Below, in pieces: positions 34,055 to 38,312 of a stretch of 38,312 nucleotides of DNA. The position numbers and the translations under genes were made by a program. The notes beneath the pieces are model-generated. The model was not told the origin of the DNA. It worked only from the letters and a program-made list of their open reading frames with translations, and did not search any database. How positions within the stretch are numbered: the first letter of the stretch is position 1; every line of letters starts with the position of its first letter. The DNA is from Phocaeicola dorei. Its GTDB lineage: Bacteria; Actinomycetota; Coriobacteriia; Coriobacteriales; Eggerthellaceae. The stretch spans positions 1 through 38,312 of the forward strand of contig CAVEFW010000094.1 of assembly GCA_963615035.1 (NCBI GenBank), read 5' to 3'.

Positions 34055-35512
34055 CTATTCTCCTTTGTGGTGGTTATATTTTGCGCCTAAATCTATCACG
34101 TTTTTCTCCATCGCTTGGTTCACGGTGCGCACGGCACACATATCTCCGCACATTGTGCATGTGCCTTCAACTTGAGGCGGCGCGCTCTCAAAATATTCAC
34201 GCGGGCGCTCAGGGTCTATGGCAAGCGAAAACATGCGCTGCCAATCCATCTGCCTGCGTGCTCGGCTCATTTCGTTATCTCTGTCTTTAGCGCGCGGCAC
34301 GCCTTTAGCCACATCAGCCGCATGTGCTGCAATTTTTGTGGCCACCAAGCCTTCGCGCACATCACTCGCATCAGGCAAGCGCAAGTGTTCCGCAGGTGTC
34401 ACGTAACACAAGAAATCGGCACCTGCCGCACCCGCAATGGCACCCCCGATGGCAGCTGTGATGTGGTCATATCCAGGCGCCACATCGCACACGAGCGGGC
34501 CCAACACATAGAACGGCGCATTGTGGCACAAACGCTTCTCGAGTTTCATGTTAGCCTCTATTTCATCGAGTGCCATGTGCCCTGGCCCTTCGATCATCAC
34601 TTGCACACCCGCGCTCCACGCACGCTGCGTGAGTTTCCCCAGCTCGATTAACTCAGCTATCTGCGATGCGTCTGACGAATCATAAATGGCTCCTGGGCGC
34701 ATTGCATCGCCCAAGCTTATGGTCACATCGTGTTCATGCAGAATTTCAAGCAAGTTATCATAGTATTCATAGAACGGGTTTTCATTTCCCGTTGCTTCCA
34801 TCCAAGCAAAAATCAAAGAGCCACCGCGGCTCACTATATTCATCAAGCGACCAGTTTCTTTGAATGTGTCAATCACGCGCCTGTTTATGCCCGCATGAAT
34901 GGTGACGAAATCAACGCCATCTTCTGCGTGAGCACGCACCACATCTAAAAAATCTTGCGGGCGAATGTCTATGAGCGCACGCTCTAAGTGTCCCACCGCG
35001 TCATACATGGGCACCGTGCCTATCATCGCAGGCGATTTTTCTATGAGTTTCGATCGAAACGCGTGCGTTTTGCCACAATTAGACAAATCCATGATGGCCT
35101 CTGCGCCCAGTTCAAGCGCCACTTCCACTTTACGCCATTCCTCACTAATGTCTGACACGTCGGGAGAAATGCCCAAATTCACGTTCACTTTCGTGCTTAA
35201 GTGCGCCCCCACGCCTTGCGCGCTCAGCGATGTGTGGTGAATATTTGCAGGAATTGCAACTTCCCCTGTTGCCACGTGCGCACGCACCCATTCAGAGGTG
35301 CGCATCTCTTTTTTGGCGACCTCTTTCATGGCAGGCGTCACAATGCCCGCACGTGCAAAGTCGAGTTGCGTGATGAGTTTGGTGTCTGAACTTTGAGACT
35401 GTTTGTGTTCGTTTTGTTGTGCAAGCGAACTGTTTGTTGCGCAACATTCGCGCTCTTGCGCGCTGTATTTCGATTCGTCATGCGCTTGCGCGCCACTAGA
35501 TGATGAAACCAT
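34055..35512 (-). CDS. thiC: Phosphomethylpyrimidine (HMP-P) synthase, radical SAM
   Basis: [42 protein letters not shown], and the C-terminal cluster motif [11 protein letters not shown]. Confidence 0.95.
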   Translation of the reverse strand: MVSSSSGAQAHDESKYSAQERECCATNSSLAQQNEHKQSQSSDTKLITQLDFARAGIVTPAMKEVAKKEMRTSEWVRAHVATGEVAIPANIHHTSLSAQGVGAHLSTKVNVNLGISPDVSDISEEWRKVEVALELGAEAIMDLSNCGKTHAFRSKLIEKSPAMIGTVPMYDAVGHLERALIDIRPQDFLDVVRAHAEDGVDFVTIHAGINRRVIDTFKETGRLMNIVSRGGSLIFAWMEATGNENPFYEYYDNLLEILHEHDVTISLGDAMRPGAIYDSSDASQIAELIELGKLTQRAWSAGVQVMIEGPGHMALDEIEANMKLEKRLCHNAPFYVLGPLVCDVAPGYDHITAAIGGAIAGAAGADFLCYVTPAEHLRLPDASDVREGLVATKIAAHAADVAKGVPRAKDRDNEMSRARRQMDWQRMFSLAIDPERPREYFESAPPQVEGTCTMCGDMCAVRTVNQAMEKNVIDLGAKYNHHKGE

Positions 35513-35515
35513 CTT

Positions 35516-35600
35516 AATCTCCCTTCGCTGGCATTATCCACATCAGGTTATAAGGGTCGAAGCATATGCTTCCTCTCAGCCTTACTTGCGCGATTTTGTG
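35516..35600 (-). ncRNA. TPP (THI-box) riboswitch in the thiC leader
   Basis: The minus strand reads GGCTGAGAGGaagcatatgcttcGACCCTTATAACCTGATGTGGATAATGCCAGCGAAGGGAGattaagATG. The CUGAGA and ACCUGAU..GGAUAAUGCCAGCG..AGGGA core motifs are present. The thiC SD (gggag, 35519-35523) lies inside the conserved 3' segment. The 5' boundary is uncertain. Confidence 0.85.
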
Positions 35601-35610
35601 ATTTTTGCGT

Positions 35611-35714
35611 TTCGCAACCATGTTTCGCAGCCACTTGTCGCAACTGCGTGTAGTAACTACGCTTCGCAACTGCGACACGTAACCACATTTCACAACTGCG
35701 ATTCGCAACCCTTC
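35611..35714. repeat. Degenerate tandem array, 8 x 13 nt (consensus TTCGCAACTGCGn), non-coding
   Basis: Units at 35611 ttcgcaaccatgt, 35624 ttcgcagccactt, 35637 gtcgcaactgcgt, 35650 gtagtaactacgc, 35663 ttcgcaactgcga, 35676 cacgtaaccacat, 35689 ttcacaactgcga and 35702 ttcgcaacccttc. Weaker units flank both sides. Confidence 0.85.
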
Positions 35715-35778
35715 AACCGTGCAATTTGAAACTTCACAATTAGGAAATTTCAACTGCACTTTTGAAGCTTTGCGCAAG

Positions 35779-36708
35779 TTACAGCTCCCCTGTGTTTGCA
35801 ATTATACACTCATTTTTAAGCGTGGACGGATACACCACAAAAAGTGTTCCGCTCTTTGCGCTCACATATCCTGTGCGCTCAACGAGTTCGTTTGAAAGCC
35901 CCAGGCTTGCGCGATTGTCGAGTTTCGCATCGTTTAAGGCATAGAAAAGCCCGCGCGTGCTCACGCCACTCACTTCAGATGTTGCCGCAAGCAAGCTCAC
36001 GCACCCATAGGTGGGGGCACCAAGTGCGCTCACACGTTCTGGCTTCGCGCTCGCGTGTGCAGTCAGCTTTAGGCAGCGCGGAGCGGTGAGCACTTCTAAA
36101 ATTTCGCTATATTGTCTGCGGCTGTTTGCATGATTAAACAGCGCACCCTCGCCGCTCACCGCGCGGATGCGCACGTAATCATCTTTTGTTTGTGATATAT
36201 CTCTCTTTTGCGCACTCGCGTTTTTTGATTCACTAATATCTTGCGTATTGCTCCCACGCATCCAAGGTGCACTTCTTCCATCTTGACTGCGCTCCGCCGC
36301 AGCTCTGAGCACTTGCAGCGCAGATATCGTGTGATCTATGCGCCCACCCAAACAACCATACACCCAGATATCGCGAAAGCCTTCAGCGCGCACATAGTCA
36401 AGCGCAAGTTCTAAATCACTTTTATCTTTGATTGCAGGGTGCGAAATGCCACGCTCAGGCACAAAACCGAGCGAATCGAAATCTCCGAGTGCCACATCGG
36501 GGGGCACTCCCACATGTGTTAAGTGTGCATATCCCGAATCTACTGCCACCACATGCGCAAATTCGCCGCGCTCATAACGCGCACAGAAATCGTCTTGCGC
36601 AAATGTTGCACCGCACACAAGCGCACAAGATTTTGCACGCACGCTCACACTCTGGTCTTTCAATTTATCACTTTTCTCATTCACGTTTTTCATGTTTCTC
36701 TTACACAC
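35779..36708 (-). CDS. thiN: Thiamine pyrophosphokinase (thiamine diphosphokinase) with N-terminal extension and internal insertion
   Basis: VVAVDSGY...GDFDSLG, KDKSDLELAL, VYGCLGGRIDHTISAL, and a C-terminal thiamine-binding-like GLSNELV...LFVV. The ORF-track start is the GTG at 36708, and an alternative ATG (M6) lies at 36693. Confidence 0.85.
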   Translation of the reverse strand: MCKRNMKNVNEKSDKLKDQSVSVRAKSCALVCGATFAQDDFCARYERGEFAHVVAVDSGYAHLTHVGVPPDVALGDFDSLGFVPERGISHPAIKDKSDLELALDYVRAEGFRDIWVYGCLGGRIDHTISALQVLRAAAERSQDGRSAPWMRGSNTQDISESKNASAQKRDISQTKDDYVRIRAVSGEGALFNHANSRRQYSEILEVLTAPRCLKLTAHASAKPERVSALGAPTYGCVSLLAATSEVSGVSTRGLFYALNDAKLDNRASLGLSNELVERTGYVSAKSGTLFVVYPSTLKNECIIANTGEL

Positions 36709-36722
36709 ACCAACGCAGGCAT

Positions 36723-36749
36723 CTCACGCACCTCACGCACCTCACACAC
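36723..36749. repeat. 3 x 9-nt tandem repeat (CTCACGCAC CTCACGCAC CTCACACAC) in the thiN/rnpB divergent spacer
   Basis: Read directly at 36723-36731, 36732-36740 and 36741-36749, followed by a CA-rich tail. Confidence 0.85.
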
Positions 36750-36820
36750 ACACCAGCACGCGCGACACACAACTCATCTTCGATATGCAACAGTTATAAC
36801 TTCGTGATATTATACGCCTC

Positions 36821-37268
36821 GCAAGTGAGCTGAGCGACTGCGTGCGCACCAAGCAATCCATCAGGGAGCACAATTGCATATGCGCATGAGGAAAGTCCGG
36901 GCTTTACAGGGCAGGATGCTGGCTAACGGCCAGGCGGGGTGACCCGACGGATTAGTGCCGCAGAAAAGAAGACTCCGATGGCTCGTTTGAATATGGGCGT
37001 GGTTTTTGTAAGTTTTGCGCCTCGGCGCAAATTTTGCAACTATCACAGCTCTCAGGCGTGCACAGGAAAAGCTGAAACGGTGTGGTAAGAGCGCACCAGC
37101 ATGTTGGCGACAACATGGCTTGGTAAACCCCATCCAAAGCAAACGCAAATAGGAACGCCATAGGTTCGCCCTGACCTGCGTTCGGGTTGCGCGCTAAAGA
37201 TGTGTGGCAACACACATCGAAGATAAATGGTCGCTCTCGACAGAACCCGGCTTACAGGCTCACTTGCA
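36821..37268 (+). ncRNA. rnpB: RNase P RNA, bacterial type A
   Basis: GAGGAAAGTCCGGGCT (36888..), GGTAAGAGCGCACCAG (~37085) and ACAGAACCCGGCTTA (~37240). P1 pairing is gcaagtgagc (36821-36830) with gctcacttgc (37258-37267). The ends are approximate to a few nt. Confidence 0.95.
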
Positions 37269-37287
37269 CATCTCCGCTCATGAGTTT
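37267..37287. repeat. 21-bp direct repeat, copy 1 (cacatctccgctcatgagttt), abutting the rnpB 3' end
   Basis: Identical to 37945..37965. On the minus strand it reads aaactcatgagcggagatgtg, encoding KLMSGDV. Confidence 0.9.
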
Positions 37288-37306
37288 TAAAAACAAAGCA
37301 TTCCGC

Positions 37307-37579
37307 CTACTTCACTAGTTTTTGAGAAATTAAGGCGTGCAATTGAACGGCTTCGTTTTCCTCATCAAAGGTATATATCAGATCAAATGGTCCAACAATC
37401 CATTTATAGATATCCTCGCCGAATTCTTCTTTTAGTGATTTTCTGACTATCTTTGAACCAATTGTTGGAATAACCTCAAGTAAAGCAATTGCATTCTTTA
37501 ACTCATCTGCAACCTTATATGAATAAATTTGTTCGGTATCCTCAAGAAATTGCTCTGAAAATTCAATTATTTTGCCCAC
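37307..37579 (-). CDS. Type II toxin, ParE/RelE superfamily
   Basis: 90 aa, overlapping the upstream antitoxin gene by 13 nt. It has the typical layout (...IYSYKVADEL..A...L.....P.IG....R......EDIYKWIVGPFDLIYTFDEENEAVQLHALIS). Confidence 0.7.
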   Translation of the reverse strand: MGKIIEFSEQFLEDTEQIYSYKVADELKNAIALLEVIPTIGSKIVRKSLKEEFGEDIYKWIVGPFDLIYTFDEENEAVQLHALISQKLVK

Positions 37580-37863
37580 AACTCTGGTCTTTTCTCTTTG
37601 AGCATTTTAAATAAAGTTTCGCTTCCCGCATAACTCTTTCCTGCTGCAAACTGTTGCTTGCTTTTCCTTAGCGCTAAAGCCACCTGCTCAACGTATGCAT
37701 CGTCTTCTTTTTCTGTTTTTTCAAGATATCCAGAAGGCACAATCTCAACCCACGGCTTAGAATTTTTGAAGACTGTCACTGGCTGGCCTGTTTCGATTAC
37801 GCTATTTGCAATTTTTGAAAAGTTTGCCCTTGCCTCACTTGCTGTTGCTGTTAGTGTAGCCAT
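37567..37863 (-). CDS. Type II antitoxin, Phd/YefM family
   Basis: The N-terminus TASEARANFSKIANSVIETGQPVTVFKNSKPWVEIVP matches the Phd/YefM signature. The SD ggagc lies 6 nt before the ATG. Confidence 0.75.
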   Translation of the reverse strand: MATLTATASEARANFSKIANSVIETGQPVTVFKNSKPWVEIVPSGYLEKTEKEDDAYVEQVALALRKSKQQFAAGKSYAGSETLFKMLKEKRPELWAK

Positions 37864-37884
37864 TTGTTTGCTCCAGTTTCGCTT

Positions 37885-37910
37885 GCTAAAATTTACGCGT
37901 AAATTTTAGC
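37885..37910. promoter_or_regulatory. 26-bp perfect palindrome upstream of the TA operon, a likely antitoxin operator/promoter overlap (it could also act as a hairpin after hsdS)
   Basis: gctaaaatttacg|cgtaaattttagc is fully self-complementary. It sits 22 nt upstream of the antitoxin ATG and 17 nt downstream of the hsdS stop. It contains TAAAAT/TAAATT -10-like hexamers. Confidence 0.5.
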
Positions 37911-37926
37911 ACATTTCGCACGGTAG

Positions 37927-38312
37927 TTAATTTTGTCCTGCCACCACATCTCCGCTCATGAGTTTGGGCAGCAAAGTGTCGCGCAAGGCAGCGAGAGCGC
38001 GGGATTCTTTTGTGGTAATCAGAAGTTGTTCATAAATGGGTTTAGTGAGCGTATAAAATTTGTCAAGGACGCTTTCATTGGGCATAGCAATTTGCATGCT
38101 TTTGATAATCTTTGAATTGACTGCCGTTGCAATTGAAGAGGTGTTTCCAAGATTTCTATAATCATACGTTTTTAAATATGGATAAATGTATGCAAGTTTT
38201 TTTGGATCGTCAGATGAAAAACAAGCAATCGCTTCGTTGGTCGTCATTTCGCAGGCCGCTATTTTCACTCTTCCAACAGTTAGCTTAAAACTAAGAAGCA
38301 CCGAATGTGCAG
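37927..38312 (-). CDS. hsdS: Type I restriction-modification specificity subunit (HsdS), 5'-truncated by the window edge
   Basis: Target-recognition-domain-like sequence followed by the conserved helical tail ESRALAALRDTLLPKLMSGDV. The frame stays open to position 38312, so the GTG at 38301 is probably not the true start. Confidence 0.75.
   Translation of the reverse strand, partial: AHSVLLSFKLTVGRVKIAACEMTTNEAIACFSSDDPKKLAYIYPYLKTYDYRNLGNTSSIATAVNSKIIKSMQIAMPNESVLDKFYTLTKPIYEQLLITTKESRALAALRDTLLPKLMSGDVVAGQN
37945..37965. repeat. 21-bp direct repeat, copy 2, inside the 3' coding end of hsdS
   Basis: Identical to 37267..37287. It encodes the KLMSGDV part of the conserved HsdS C-terminal helix (..LRDTLLPKLMSGDVVAGQN*). 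Confidence 0.9.

Noticed and set aside
34115-34651. 178-aa plus-strand ORF, with other plus-strand ORFs at 33135..35729
   Set aside because: They are antisense to thiM and thiC, both of which have textbook motifs. The translations are Arg/His/Cys-rich, as expected for the reverse frames of GC-richer genes.
35534-35542. Perfect DnaA-box consensus TTATCCACA
   Set aside because: It is the reverse complement of the conserved (C/G)UGGAUAA segment of the TPP riboswitch. It is a single copy with no AT-rich unwinding region or dnaA/dnaN nearby, so it is not an origin.
36861-37215. Two minus-strand ORFs (95 and 87 aa)
   Set aside because: They lie entirely within the RNase P RNA gene, which has unambiguous conserved motifs. 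The translations show no protein-like features.

Overview
Chromosomal window that looks like a Gram-positive, probably Actinomycetota-type organism. The RNase P RNA is type A and the genes have moderate GC, but I cannot assign a species without a database search. About half the window (168..18716, minus strand) is one 6,182-aa secreted surface protein. It has a signal peptide, three wall-binding-like N-terminal repeats, an acidic Ser/Asp linker, about 29 beta-sandwich modules of ~125 aa, a second block of YDG/GNY-type repeats, and an unrecognisable ~345-aa C-terminal domain. It has no LPXTG-type sorting signal. Upstream on the same strand are a short-form malic enzyme and a thymidylate kinase carrying an in-frame 4 x 33-nt Cys-rich repeat. 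The centre (21.5-33.1 kb) is a glycopolymer locus arranged as two divergent units. It holds three paralogous ~820-850-aa GT2 enzymes with unique N-terminal domains, a GlfT2-like processive glycosyltransferase, and a 12-TM GT-C-like membrane protein. No exporter or sugar-nucleotide genes are visible. The right side carries thiC-thiM behind a TPP riboswitch, a thiamine pyrophosphokinase, rnpB, a Phd/ParE-type toxin-antitoxin pair and a partial type I restriction hsdS gene. The points I think most deserve follow-up are: the transporter-less GlfT2-centred locus with partly degenerate GT paralogs next to the giant adhesin; a G8 tract in the -35 slot of the adhesin promoter; short periodic in-frame insertions in several housekeeping genes; a 13-nt x 8 non-coding array; and a 21-bp direct repeat bracketing the TA cassette between rnpB and hsdS. 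All functional calls rest on motif recognition by eye and none was checked against a database.
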